A DNA stretch of 64,000 nt from an uncultured Candidatus Saccharibacteria bacterium (GCA_963525915.1 CAURKX010000003.1:29427-93426); one strand, 5' to 3'; shown: positions 41,105-50,553, numbered from the stretch's first letter. Numbers and translations are program-made. The notes: generated from the letters alone by a model not told the origin.

Positions 41105-42346
41105 TTAGTGTACCACTCCAAGCCCATATGCGTCTAGTAAACTCTCGATTCCTGGCAGTTTTTTTCCAGCCATTAGCGCCAAACTAGCCCCACCACCTGT
41201 GGAAACATGACTAAACGCTGCGCCGTCATGACCATCCCATTTCAGTACAAAATCAGCCGTATCACCGCCACCGACTACTGAAATCGCCTGCTTGTTTTGG
41301 GCGATCGCTAAACTGAGACGAGCAGAGCCAATGGCAAAAGTCGATTTCTCAGCCAAACCAACTGGGCCATTCCAGATGATCGTTCCCGCGTGGGCTAGTA
41401 CTGTAGTGTAGCGTTCAATGGTTTGCATACCTATGTCGAGTGCCATGTCATTGACACCAATATTCGCCACACTGACTTCACGCCGCTCTTGACTGTCAGG
41501 GCTTTCAGCTACTGCAACGTCTGTTGGCAGCAACAGAAAATCATCCACATGTTCACGACCAACTTTTTGTTCCACTGCTTGATAAATCTGGCGAATGACG
41601 TCGTGCTGGCCTGGCTCAACGCGGCTTTTCCCCATATTGTACCCCTTGTATTCCAAAAAGGTATTTGCCATGGCGCCGCCGATCAAGATCTGATCAGCCT
41701 TATTGATAAACTCATGAATCATGCCGATTTTGTCAGAAACTTTGGCACCGCCGACGATGGCGACTAGCGGCCGCTTGGGACTAAGCATGGCGCGAGTGAT
41801 GGCGTCATATTCAGCACGAACCAAGTCACCCGCCACCCCAGGTATATACATGGTAATTTCGTGTGTACTGGCGTGTTTTCGGTGCACCACTGCAAAGCCG
41901 TCTTGCACAAAATAATCAGCCTGGCTAGCCCGAGCAATTGAGCGCGCAAACTGCGTGTCGTCAGCTTCTTCTTCAGGATAAAACCGCAAATTTTCCAACA
42001 AAATGATTGCACCAGAAGATCGCCGCACTGTTTGACGAACCTTGTCGCCCACACAATCATCAACAAATTTCACTGGATAATGCAACAATTCTGACAAGCG
42101 CACAGCGACTGGTGCTAAACTATATTTTTCGTCTCGACCTTGCGGGCGACCCAAGTGACTGATCAGCACAATCTTACAATGCTGCGACAACAGATATTTC
42201 AAGGTAGGCAAACTGGCACGAATTCGTAAATCATCAGAAATCTCGCCATTTTCAAGCAATGGCACATTGTAGTCAACGCGCACCAACACTGTTTTATGGC
42301 GCAAGTCAACGTCATGAATCGTCTGTTTGAAAAATCGTTTGCCCAC
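41105..42346 (-). CDS. pgk: Phosphoglycerate kinase
   Basis: VRVDYNVP, SHLGRP, LLENLRF, GGAKVSDK, HVSTGGGASL. Confidence 0.98.
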   Translation of the reverse strand: MGKRFFKQTIHDVDLRHKTVLVRVDYNVPLLENGEISDDLRIRASLPTLKYLLSQHCKIVLISHLGRPQGRDEKYSLAPVAVRLSELLHYPVKFVDDCVGDKVRQTVRRSSGAIILLENLRFYPEEEADDTQFARSIARASQADYFVQDGFAVVHRKHASTHEITMYIPGVAGDLVRAEYDAITRAMLSPKRPLVAIVGGAKVSDKIGMIHEFINKADQILIGGAMANTFLEYKGYNMGKSRVEPGQHDVIRQIYQAVEQKVGREHVDDFLLLPTDVAVAESPDSQERREVSVANIGVNDMALDIGMQTIERYTTVLAHAGTIIWNGPVGLAEKSTFAIGSARLSLAIAQNKQAISVVGGGDTADFVLKWDGHDGAAFSHVSTGGGASLALMAGKKLPGIESLLDAYGLGVVH

Positions 42347-42372
42347 CCTTTGATATCCTATGTACTAATCAT

Positions 42373-43794
42373 TTACTCCAGTGTCAAAACACGTATCGTA
42401 TCAGTTTTTCCAGCGCCCGGACGATGACCATTGACCAGTACTAACGTTGCTACGCCGTCACCAAAGTAGCCTTCATTTTTCAAATCACGTGCCAAATCAA
42501 CACCGTGACAGTTCTCTGGTGGACGCATGTACACACGAGTTGCGTAGTTCAATGCCAGCTTTTGCGCTATCTTGAGGTTGTCTGTCAGGCTGATGATCGG
42601 CATATTTGGACGAAATGCGCCAATATTGACTGCTGTAGCACCAGTGTCTGTTTCCGCCACGATGGCGTCCGCGTTGAGGTCACGCGCCAAACGAGCGGCT
42701 GTGTAGCTGATGACGGCGTCATTTTTCTGGCGAGATTCGCTCTTCGCCACTGGCATGACGTCACTGTGTTCCTGAGTATAGAGAATGGTTTTTCGCATTG
42801 ATTCAACAGCTTCAATTGGATATTTACCATTGGCAGTCTCATCAGACAACATCACCACGTCAGCACCCTGAATGACAGCATTTGCCACGTCGCTCACTTC
42901 AGCGCGGCTTGGCTCAGGATTGTCAACCATACTACCCATCATCTGAGTTGCCACGATCACCATCTTGCCATGTTTGCGACACAACGTGATAACCCGGCGC
43001 TGCACGACTGGCACAATCTCAGCACCAGCTTCCACCGCCAAGTCTCCTCGCGCCACCATGACACCATCGCTCAACTGCACGATCTTTTCCAGGTTTTCTG
43101 GAGAGATGGCAGATTTTGTCTCAATCTTGGCGATGATCTGTGCTTCAGAACCAAACGTCAACAAACGCTGACGCAAATCAACAATGTCAGATGCTGACTG
43201 CACGAAGCTCAAAGAAACATAATCAAAGTCTCGGCTAGCCCCCCACTCAATATCTTCTAGGTCTTTCTGGGTCAAAATATCACCACCAAAATCAGTGTCA
43301 GGCAAGTTCAGACCTTTTCGACTCATCAAAAAGCCGTCATTCTGAATCTCAACCTCGATGGCAGTTTCGCTGACGATTTCGCGCACAATTGAACGAATTT
43401 TACCGTCAAACATGTACAGCGGTTCGCCAACTTTCATCTTGCTGGCCAAGTTGTACTGCACTGGAAGATTGAAACTTCCGTCATGCTCAGCAATTTCCGA
43501 ATCCAGCACTAACATATCGCCGGTTTTCACTTCCAACATATTGTCTTTCAAAATGCCCAGACGAATTTTTGGACCTTGCAAATCTTGCAAGATTGCGACT
43601 GGCTTGTCTTGCTCGCGACTGGCAGTACGAATCCACTCGATTTGTTGTGTGCGCTCTTCGTAGCTACCGTGACTAAAGTTTAGGCGAAAGCCATTGGCGC
43701 CAGCGGCCATCAGCTCCGATACTTTTTCCTGGCTCATGGTCGCAGGACCAATTGTTGCCAAAATCTTGGTACGTTTAAAAATAGGTTTACTCAT
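42373..43794 (-). CDS. pyk: Pyruvate kinase
   Basis: RTKILATIGPA, RLNFSHG, DLQGPKIR, IAKIE, MVARGDLAVE, ATQM, PSRAEVSDVANA. Confidence 0.98.
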   Translation of the reverse strand: MSKPIFKRTKILATIGPATMSQEKVSELMAAGANGFRLNFSHGSYEERTQQIEWIRTASREQDKPVAILQDLQGPKIRLGILKDNMLEVKTGDMLVLDSEIAEHDGSFNLPVQYNLASKMKVGEPLYMFDGKIRSIVREIVSETAIEVEIQNDGFLMSRKGLNLPDTDFGGDILTQKDLEDIEWGASRDFDYVSLSFVQSASDIVDLRQRLLTFGSEAQIIAKIETKSAISPENLEKIVQLSDGVMVARGDLAVEAGAEIVPVVQRRVITLCRKHGKMVIVATQMMGSMVDNPEPSRAEVSDVANAVIQGADVVMLSDETANGKYPIEAVESMRKTILYTQEHSDVMPVAKSESRQKNDAVISYTAARLARDLNADAIVAETDTGATAVNIGAFRPNMPIISLTDNLKIAQKLALNYATRVYMRPPENCHGVDLARDLKNEGYFGDGVATLVLVNGHRPGAGKTDTIRVLTLE

Positions 43795-43909
43795 TTTTTA
43801 AATTATATCACGAAATAACAGTGATGGAAAATGGTTGTACTATGCAAGAAAATTTCTCTCATATTCATGATAAGCAGTTCTACTGAGCCCACGCTGGGTA
43901 ACGGCATGC

Positions 43910-43993
43910 TTATAAATAACAGGCGGCGATCAGATTTTTTAAATCAACGTACGCCAAGGCTGATAAGCTTAAGTACTCAATGGTTTTTACCAC
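43910..43993 (-). pseudogene. 5' remnant of a lipase-like gene (MVKTIEYLSLSALAYVDL...)
   Basis: SD GAGGAGGG + GTG overlapping the end of the 274-aa gene; 27 codons then stop. Confidence 0.5.
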
Positions 43994-44811
43994 CTATCGC
44001 CCTCCTCTACTGGCATATTTTTTGACGTATCAATACAACCTTTTATCTCATTAATTGATAGCAGCTTATCGCTACTACAATATCCTTTTGAGATAAGCTT
44101 ACTTCCTTTTGATAGATACATATCCACAGATATATCTTTGGGGCTAACTCCCATGCTCTTCGTATACTCTATCATCTCATAAACACCGCTAGCAAAACGA
44201 TCCTCGTCTTTAATACTACCGTCATATTTAAAATCTAATCCATAAGCTAAATTGCCACGCTGCCCGACTTTATTTTCAGCCAAAAACACCTCCTCAAAAG
44301 TTGGTTTTTTCAGAGTGAAAGTACGCTCTACGTCTGGATCTATTACGCCTAGTCTAACTTTGACATCAACGGGCATGTCTTTAAATATTTCTCTGACTTT
44401 GGGCTGAATTTTGGCAGTTTGTTCTTTTTGCCAAGTTCTTACTACATAGTCGTCGCTGTACTTCGTCTGGTTATCCACCCGAGAAACATGTATCTTTATA
44501 CTTTTATCTGATTTAGGGTAGGCATCAGCAGACCATACGCAAGAGATACCAAAAGCACCGCCATCGCAACTAGGTTTTTCTACATCAAAATCTTGATTGT
44601 ATTTATTTTTTAGATAGCTAGTTATATTAGCCTGCTCGATCGTATCACTAACCGAACGTTTATTAATTTCTCTATCTACTATAATTCCACCTACGATATA
44701 CACTACCGTCATTATCACAACTATCGACGACAGGATAATTAAAATAACTTGCCAGGCCTTTTTATTATTTATGCGTGATTTGTTAGTCCTTTTGCTTTTA
44801 CCCTTCGCCAT
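43987..44811 (-). CDS. Island paralog A: membrane-anchored protein, YLKNKY-x-DF family
   Basis: Basic N-terminus, TM, YLKNKYNQDFDVEKP..GGAFG..WSADAYP, C-terminal Cys pair. Confidence 0.8.
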   Translation of the reverse strand: MAKGKSKRTNKSRINNKKAWQVILIILSSIVVIMTVVYIVGGIIVDREINKRSVSDTIEQANITSYLKNKYNQDFDVEKPSCDGGAFGISCVWSADAYPKSDKSIKIHVSRVDNQTKYSDDYVVRTWQKEQTAKIQPKVREIFKDMPVDVKVRLGVIDPDVERTFTLKKPTFEEVFLAENKVGQRGNLAYGLDFKYDGSIKDEDRFASGVYEMIEYTKSMGVSPKDISVDMYLSKGSKLISKGYCSSDKLLSINEIKGCIDTSKNMPVEEGDRW

Positions 44812-44861
44812 ACAATGCAGCCCCCTTATTGCCTAGTTATTTATGATTTTCTCTTAAGCAT
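44809..44861. repeat. Cassette-upstream repeat, copy 1
   Basis: catacaatgcagcccccttattgcctagttatttat (36 nt identical) plus near-identical tail ending ttaagcat; matches 46357-46409. Confidence 0.9.
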
Positions 44862-44895
44862 GAGCTAGTACAGCACTAGTGTATTTCATGACGTA

Positions 44896-45627
44896 TTATT
44901 CTCCCATCTTAACAATGCACGACTCTATATCGTCTTTACTGCCCAATTTATTTTTATTAAAAAATATTTCGCATCTTATTTTCGAGTTATTATTTCTATT
45001 TACATCTACATCTACACTATACACACCCTCTTCTCGCAGCTTCTCTACAATTTTAAATATATAAGAGGCCTTTTGGCTGTCATTCGGAGCGTCTATTATT
45101 AATCTATACAGGAAGCCTTTGTCCTTGGTTTTATTGTCTTCATATTTAGATTGTTTATTCACAGAATCTACCAAATCTTCAGATAAGACAATTTCTGCCC
45201 GTGCACTATCTGCTTTATAGCCATTGCTATTAGCGTTAACTTCTTTGACAATAGATTCTAACTCCCTGCTGGCTTGGACTGACCAGATGGCGGCGATGTA
45301 TTGGTCGCTACAGTCAGAGGGGTTCAAATAGCTGCAATCGATGTCAAATTTTAGTTTTGGGTTTGACACTAGGTATGCTTGCGACATCCATATACCGTTG
45401 ACCCCAAAACCTCCGTGTTTATACTCGGGTCTTTCGACCTTAAAGTCTTCTTTATATTTATTGTTCAGATACTCAGACATCCCATTCTGGGCATTAGATA
45501 TTTTATTTTCATTTTTGATATGTAAGACAATCGCTATGGCAACAATCAATATAACCAGGCTACAGAGGGCTATCAATAATTTGTATACTTTATGCTTCTT
45601 TGTCTTACTGACTTTCTTTGCCATCAC
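44896..45627 (-). CDS. Island paralog B: membrane-anchored protein, YLKNKY-x-DF family
   Basis: MSEYLNNKYKEDFKVERPEYKHGGFGV..W..AY..SNP.LKF; SD GGAGGGGG. Confidence 0.8.
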   Translation of the reverse strand: MMAKKVSKTKKHKVYKLLIALCSLVILIVAIAIVLHIKNENKISNAQNGMSEYLNNKYKEDFKVERPEYKHGGFGVNGIWMSQAYLVSNPKLKFDIDCSYLNPSDCSDQYIAAIWSVQASRELESIVKEVNANSNGYKADSARAEIVLSEDLVDSVNKQSKYEDNKTKDKGFLYRLIIDAPNDSQKASYIFKIVEKLREEGVYSVDVDVNRNNNSKIRCEIFFNKNKLGSKDDIESCIVKMGE

Positions 45628-45801
45628 CCCCTCCGGTTACTTTATAGATTATTTATTATTTTAGTTTAAGCACGACCCATACACAAGAGAGCGCTGCTAT
45701 ACAATCCTAGGTTATAGGCTGTGAAGTTTCACCTTCCAGGAGCAGATAGGGTTAGCCCCTTTCTTAAAGGCAGAGAGCTAAATATCTGATGAATCAAAAC
45801 C

Positions 45802-46236
45802 TCAGAGGCTATTCAGCTGATTAATAGATCCGACTACTGAGGCAATACCCCATACTGTCCCATTCATATAAATTATTTCTTGATACTCCTTAGGATCTCC
45901 TAGGTCATACCCACAATGCTGTAGTTCATATTTACCGTCGTATATCTTTCTGCCACATAAGTCTGGTTTACCGATAAGCTCCTCGACCGTATCCCTATCC
46001 ATGCCGATCTGGACGTCGCTCATCTTCTCATAGAACTCGTCCTTAGTTGACCAAGGCCTACTGTTAGTATCGGAGCTAGCATTAGTATCAGAGACAGTAT
46101 TAGGGCGAGGAGTGTGCTGCTGTAGATATAGGATTGTTACGATTCCAGCGGTAAAACATATAGCTACGTAAACTAGCACAATAGCCACGAGCTTAATTAA
46201 CTTTTTATCTTTATAAGGATGACCGTTGTTTACCAT
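45802..46236 (-). CDS. Membrane-anchored protein with BLIP/SmpA-OmlA-like domain
   Basis: TM, then VQIGMDRDTVEELIGKPD motif typical of that fold. Confidence 0.65.
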   Translation of the reverse strand: MVNNGHPYKDKKLIKLVAIVLVYVAICFTAGIVTILYLQQHTPRPNTVSDTNASSDTNSRPWSTKDEFYEKMSDVQIGMDRDTVEELIGKPDLCGRKIYDGKYELQHCGYDLGDPKEYQEIIYMNGTVWGIASVVGSINQLNSL

Positions 46237-46314
46237 AAGCTTATTCTATTACGTTATACTGGACAGTTCAATCTACTTGAATATCTAGAAATAGTTGGAA
46301 GCTCACCAGGTTTT

Positions 46315-46359
46315 TTATTTACGCGCGTTTTTCGTCCTTTTACTTTTACTCTTCGTCAT
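46315..46359 (-). pseudogene. 5' stub of a fourth island paralog (MTKSKSKRTKNARK*)
   Basis: Homologous to the start of paralog A (MAKGKSKRTNKSR) and preceded by the same upstream repeat. Confidence 0.7.
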
Positions 46360-46409
46360 ACAATGCAGCCCCCTTATTGCTTAGTTATTTATTATTTTAT
46401 CTTAAGCAT
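46357..46409. repeat. Cassette-upstream repeat, copy 2
   Basis: Matches 44809-44861 (offset 1548). Confidence 0.9.
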
Positions 46410-46512
46410 AGGCACGATACAGCATGCCAGTGGTCTTATTTGTAAAAGTAACTCTGAGGTCAGTAATTGCTTTGAAATTAGTGTCAGATGTTCTAGAGTA
46501 TCTAATACCACA

Positions 46513-47211
46513 CTAGCTCTCCTTTAAACACTGTTTTATAATTCCATAATTTAGTTGCGGAACTACATCATAGCCAGCCACACATGTATAGACTCTCCTA
46601 TCCCTGGTAACAAGAGTGTAATCTATGGTTATTTTAGATACTCCTTGGCTATATATCTCTTCAATTATAGATGCTACTTTATTTGTAATATCATCTCTAT
46701 TGTCTGCTTCGACTATCTTAATGCTCAACTTATATATAGGATCATATCTTCGTTTTATATCGCCTAAACTACTGCTTTTTGTGATTTCACTTAAAACTTC
46801 ATCCTTAATAATCAACCGTATTGAATAGTCTGTCACTCCTATGGCTTTCATAGACGATTGTAGTCGATCATATTCTTGTCTTGAAAAATACAAATCCAAA
46901 TATTCATCATTACATTCCTCTACACACCCTATATAAAATCTTAGTTGAGGGTTTGAAATAGGATAAGCATGAGATTTCCACGAGCCGCTAACCCCAAAAC
47001 CTCCATGTTTATATTCAGGCCTCTCTACCCTAAAATCTTCGTTATATTTATTTTTTAGATATTCAGACATCTTACCTTGAATACCGGCTAATCTATTTTC
47101 ATTTCGAATATATAAACCAGCCAAGACAACAATAAACAATACTGCCAAGCCACCTAGGAACAGTAATAATCTATATTGCTTGTTCTTTTTCCGGTTGCGC
47201 TTCTTGGACAT
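46513..47211 (-). CDS. Island paralog C: membrane-anchored protein, YLKNKY-x-DF family (start ATG 47211)
   Basis: MSEYLKNKYNEDFRVERPEYKHGGFGV..WKSHAYPISNPQLRF; SD GGAGG. Confidence 0.8.
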   Translation of the reverse strand: MSKKRNRKKNKQYRLLLFLGGLAVLFIVVLAGLYIRNENRLAGIQGKMSEYLKNKYNEDFRVERPEYKHGGFGVSGSWKSHAYPISNPQLRFYIGCVEECNDEYLDLYFSRQEYDRLQSSMKAIGVTDYSIRLIIKDEVLSEITKSSSLGDIKRRYDPIYKLSIKIVEADNRDDITNKVASIIEEIYSQGVSKITIDYTLVTRDRRVYTCVAGYDVVPQLNYGIIKQCLKES

Positions 47212-47275
47212 TAGATCCTCCAACAGTCTTATCTTTATGCTTTCATTGTAACCCAACCACAAGCAGTATACAACG

Positions 47276-47307
47276 AAAATATAGACAGCTAAAGCTGCCT
47301 ATATTTT
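47276..47307 (-). terminator. Intrinsic terminator after tRNA-Glu
   Basis: AAAATATAGACAGCT-aa-AGCTGCCTATATTTT inverted repeat. Confidence 0.75.
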
Positions 47308-47320
47308 GATAATTTCTCTG

Positions 47321-47395
47321 TGGTGACCTTACCGGGAATCGAACCCGGATTGCCAGGATGAAAACCTGGTGTCCTAACCGTTAGACGATAAGGCC
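47321..47395 (-). tRNA. tRNA-Glu (TTC)
   Basis: GGCCTTA...CCAGG-TT-TTC-AT-CCTGG...GGTTCGATTCC...TAAGGTC-A-CCA. Confidence 0.96.
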
Positions 47396-47499
47396 AACGT
47401 CACGAATTATAGCAAATTATCAGTCAGTTGTCTACAGGTGACTGGTGTAATTTTTCGCTCCATTTCTCATTTGGTGTCGTTTCTTATATAATAATATCC

Positions 47500-47712
47500 A
47501 TGGCAAAGCAAAAGAAGAAACGCAACAAAAAGTACACTGGTGTTGACGCTGCCACCAAGCGACCGTCAATCACCCGCGTTAGCGCGGTCAATCGCTCACG
47601 GTTTGGTCAGTGGCGTCATGATCACCAACGACAGCTCAGCATTGCCCGTACTGTCGCCATTATCATCGTTGCGCTTATCATCATTGTTTCGGGTGTCATG
47701 AGCTTATTCTGA
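47500..47712 (+). CDS. Small basic protein with C-terminal TM
   Basis: MAKQKKKRNKKYTG...TVAIIIVALIIIVSGV; TATAAT shortly before the ATG. Confidence 0.7.
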   Translation: MAKQKKKRNKKYTGVDAATKRPSITRVSAVNRSRFGQWRHDHQRQLSIARTVAIIIVALIIIVSGVMSLF

Positions 47713-47718
47713 CGCCAT

Positions 47719-49011
47719 CTACTTCACTGGCAGACGAAACCCAAAGGTACTGCCTTTACTCTCTTTTGATTCAAATACCATCTGACCGCCGTGCGCCAGG
47801 ACAACCTTGCGTGCCAAAAACAGCCCGATTCCCGTACCATCTGGGCGTTTTTTGCGAGCATTTGAGCCACGGAAAAACTTGCTGAACAAATTTGCCTGCT
47901 CAGCGTCAGGAACGCCGATGCCAGTGTCTTTGACGGTAAATACCACGTCGCCACCATCTCTGGTCAGCTTTACTTTGATGGTCGTGTCGGGTTTTGAATA
48001 GTACAGCGCATTTTCAATCATGTTCATCATCACCTGTCGCAATTTTTCACCATCCACCATGGGTTGCGGGATGTCTTTGTCGATGTCCACTGCTATTTTG
48101 ACATGTCGCTGTTTGGACATGGTTTTGAGGAATGCGACCTCATCCTTAACCAGCTGCACCAAGTCAGTCGCTTGACGATTGATGACGAATTTACCCGTTT
48201 GCAACCTGGATACACTCAAAAAGTCGCCAATCAGCTGCACCATTCTTTCACTTGAACCAAAGGCTTCGGTCAATACGGTGCGCTGCGTTGCGTTGATCGG
48301 CCCCAGGTCACCCTCCAGCATCATATCCAAATAACCCTTGATGCTGGTCAGTGGGGTCCGCAGCTGGTGTGATGCCATGGAGATGAATTCATCTTTGGCG
48401 GCGTCCAGTCGTTGTAGTTGGCGATTGCTAATCCTGAGTTCCCTCGTTGCATCGATGATTTTCTGTTGCAACGTCTCGTTGAGCTGCCGCACCTCAGCCA
48501 TGGCGAGTGAATTTTTGACTGCTACCACCAATTCACCACTCATGGTTTCCAGGAGAGAAATGTCTCGCCGTGTGTAGCGCTTGGCTCGTCTGCCAAACAA
48601 CACACAACCAACGCATTCATGGTCCATGGCCAGTGGCAAAATGACTTCAATGTGGTACATCGCCAAACTTTGCTGCAACGATTCATCCGCCAAATCTTTG
48701 ACCAATATCACTTCATTGTAGCGATAGTGCCGATGAATATGCTTCGTTAATCGCGCTACGTCAATTGCCGGAAGAACTCGCTTGCTGGTGCTTTCCAGCC
48801 TGAAGCTGTCACCAATTTTCACCGCCAGCGTCACAGACTCTGCCCGAAATGACCGCCGCAAAAAACACTTCATACGCTTCAAAAATACGTCCAAATCAGT
48901 GCTGCGCAGTAACAACATACCCATCTCAGCAAAAAATTCTTGCTTGCGCATGCGACTGGTTTTTAAGACATTAGTCGTTTTTTTCAGAGATTGCCCATAG
49001 TCCCTATCCAT
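47719..49011 (-). CDS. Sensor histidine kinase (GAF-like, HisKA, HATPase)
   Basis: EFISMASHQLRTPLT H-box, NMIENALYY N-box, DTGIGVP, GTGIGLF. Confidence 0.93.
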   Translation of the reverse strand: MDRDYGQSLKKTTNVLKTSRMRKQEFFAEMGMLLLRSTDLDVFLKRMKCFLRRSFRAESVTLAVKIGDSFRLESTSKRVLPAIDVARLTKHIHRHYRYNEVILVKDLADESLQQSLAMYHIEVILPLAMDHECVGCVLFGRRAKRYTRRDISLLETMSGELVVAVKNSLAMAEVRQLNETLQQKIIDATRELRISNRQLQRLDAAKDEFISMASHQLRTPLTSIKGYLDMMLEGDLGPINATQRTVLTEAFGSSERMVQLIGDFLSVSRLQTGKFVINRQATDLVQLVKDEVAFLKTMSKQRHVKIAVDIDKDIPQPMVDGEKLRQVMMNMIENALYYSKPDTTIKVKLTRDGGDVVFTVKDTGIGVPDAEQANLFSKFFRGSNARKKRPDGTGIGLFLARKVVLAHGGQMVFESKESKGSTFGFRLPVK

Positions 49012-49070
49012 GCATATAAATATAAGCGATTTAGACCTTCTCGTCCAGATATCTGTGCTATAATGAGACT

Positions 49071-49436
49071 ATGAAGAAGATTGCCATTATCGAAGATGAT
49101 CCAGCCATTAGCCAGATGTACCGCATGAAATTTGAGGCTGATGATTTTGACGTACGACTGGCAGCCGATGGCAAGGTGGGCGTCGAATTAGTTGAGAAAT
49201 TTACCCCAGATATCATTTTGCTTGATTTACAAATGCCAGAGATGGACGGATTGACCGCCTTGAAAAAAATTCGTTCTCACGCGTGGGGCAAAACCGTGCC
49301 AGTCATCGTTCTGACGAATTTGAGCGAAGAAGAAGCGCCTGACGAACTGCGAGATCTCAACATTCACAGCTATATTGTCAAAGCAAACTTGACACCACGC
49401 CAAGTGGTCAGCAAAGTCAAAGACGTCATCGGCTAA
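49071..49436 (+). CDS. Single-domain response regulator
   Basis: IAIIEDD, ILLDLQMPEMDG, VIVLTN, YIVK. Confidence 0.93.
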   Translation: MKKIAIIEDDPAISQMYRMKFEADDFDVRLAADGKVGVELVEKFTPDIILLDLQMPEMDGLTALKKIRSHAWGKTVPVIVLTNLSEEEAPDELRDLNIHSYIVKANLTPRQVVSKVKDVIG

Positions 49437-50248
49437 TTTACCTGTTGTTTTTGCCGATTGGCAATGGCGAGGCAGGCATTGATCAAATTGTCAAACAACG
49501 CCGCCACTGTTAGCGGTCCAACGCCGCCTTTTTCGGGCGTAATCGACACGTCGTGTCGGTCACGCACTTCACTGGCAACATCACCAACTATTTTACCCTT
49601 GTCAGACGCAGTGCCGGCATCTACCACGATAGCACCAGGTTGCATCATGTCAGACGAAATAATACCGGGGCTACCCGTGGCGGTGACGATTACCTCAAAA
49701 TCCACTAACTCTGCCAGATCATCTCCCATGTCAAAGACCACCGGTTGCAAACCAGACCGACGCCACATGTCCGCCAATGGCGCGCCCACCAGTCGACCAT
49801 GTCCAACCACAGCGATGCTTTTTTTTGAAAGGTCAATGCCATGCCCTGACAGTAGCCAATTAATAGCCGTTGGCGTTGCCGCTTCAAACGACGAACGAGG
49901 GTTCAGCCCGTCAACGTCTTTTTCTGGTGCGACCGCAGCCAATATTTCGTCCGTCTGAGTTGGATCTTTCAACGGCAGTTGGACGATGATTCCCTGTACA
50001 TCTTCTCGCACATTCAGCTGCTGAACCGTCTCCAATACATCTTCCACGTGGTGAATTTCTGTATCGATCAGAATATCCGCGCCATAGTTACGCTTCAGGC
50101 GCATATACGTTTCAATCACTGGATTATCGGTATTGGTGACAATTGCCAGACGCGGCTGAATATGCCACGCTTGGCGCAATGCGCGAACTTGCTTGGCTTG
50201 ACGTTCTTTGATAAAACTTGCCAAATCTGTACCAGTGAGTATTTTCAT
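49433..50248 (-). CDS. folD: Methylene-THF dehydrogenase/cyclohydrolase
   Basis: GIIVQLPL, EKDVDG, GHGRLVGAP, VVDAG, TPEKGGVGPLTV. Confidence 0.93.
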   Translation of the reverse strand: MKILTGTDLASFIKERQAKQVRALRQAWHIQPRLAIVTNTDNPVIETYMRLKRNYGADILIDTEIHHVEDVLETVQQLNVREDVQGIIVQLPLKDPTQTDEILAAVAPEKDVDGLNPRSSFEAATPTAINWLLSGHGIDLSKKSIAVVGHGRLVGAPLADMWRRSGLQPVVFDMGDDLAELVDFEVIVTATGSPGIISSDMMQPGAIVVDAGTASDKGKIVGDVASEVRDRHDVSITPEKGGVGPLTVAALFDNLINACLAIANRQKQQVN

Positions 50249-50321
50249 CTCTATCATTCTACCAAATGAATCTGCTTGAGTACAGGTATCAGCTATGGTA
50301 TAATGCTAGAAGCTTGCGCAT

Positions 50322-50399
50322 GGCGGATGTAGCTCAGTTGGTTAGAGCGCTGGATTGTGGCTCCGGAGGCCGTGGGTTCGACCCCCATCATTCGCCCCA
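50322..50399 (+). tRNA. tRNA-His (GTG) with encoded G-1
   Basis: G-GCGGATG...CTGGA-TT-GTG-GC-TCCGG...CATTCGC-C-CCA. Confidence 0.95.
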
Positions 50400-50441
50400 A
50401 GCATTGATTTGTGGCATAATATATGCTAGAATCACACGTAT

Positions 50442-50518
50442 GGGCCAGTAGCTCAGCTGGTTAGAGCACCTGCCTCTTAAGCAGGGTGTCGAGGGTTCGA
50501 GCCCCTCCTGGCCCTCCA
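50442..50518 (+). tRNA. tRNA-Lys (CTT)
   Basis: GGGCCAG...CCTGC-CT-CTT-AA-GCAGG...CTGGCCC-T-CCA. Confidence 0.95.
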
Positions 50519-50553
50519 AAAATAACCTCACACACGTGTGAGGATTTTATTTT
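50519..50553. terminator. Terminator after tRNA-Lys, probably bidirectional
   Basis: CCTCACAC-ac-GTGTGAGG hairpin flanked by A and T tracts. Confidence 0.7.

Noticed and set aside
43800..43990. attL/attR duplication of the tRNA-Glu 3' end bounding the island
   Set aside because: No copy of the tRNA 3' sequence was found near pyk and no integrase is present, so it is not called a mobile element.
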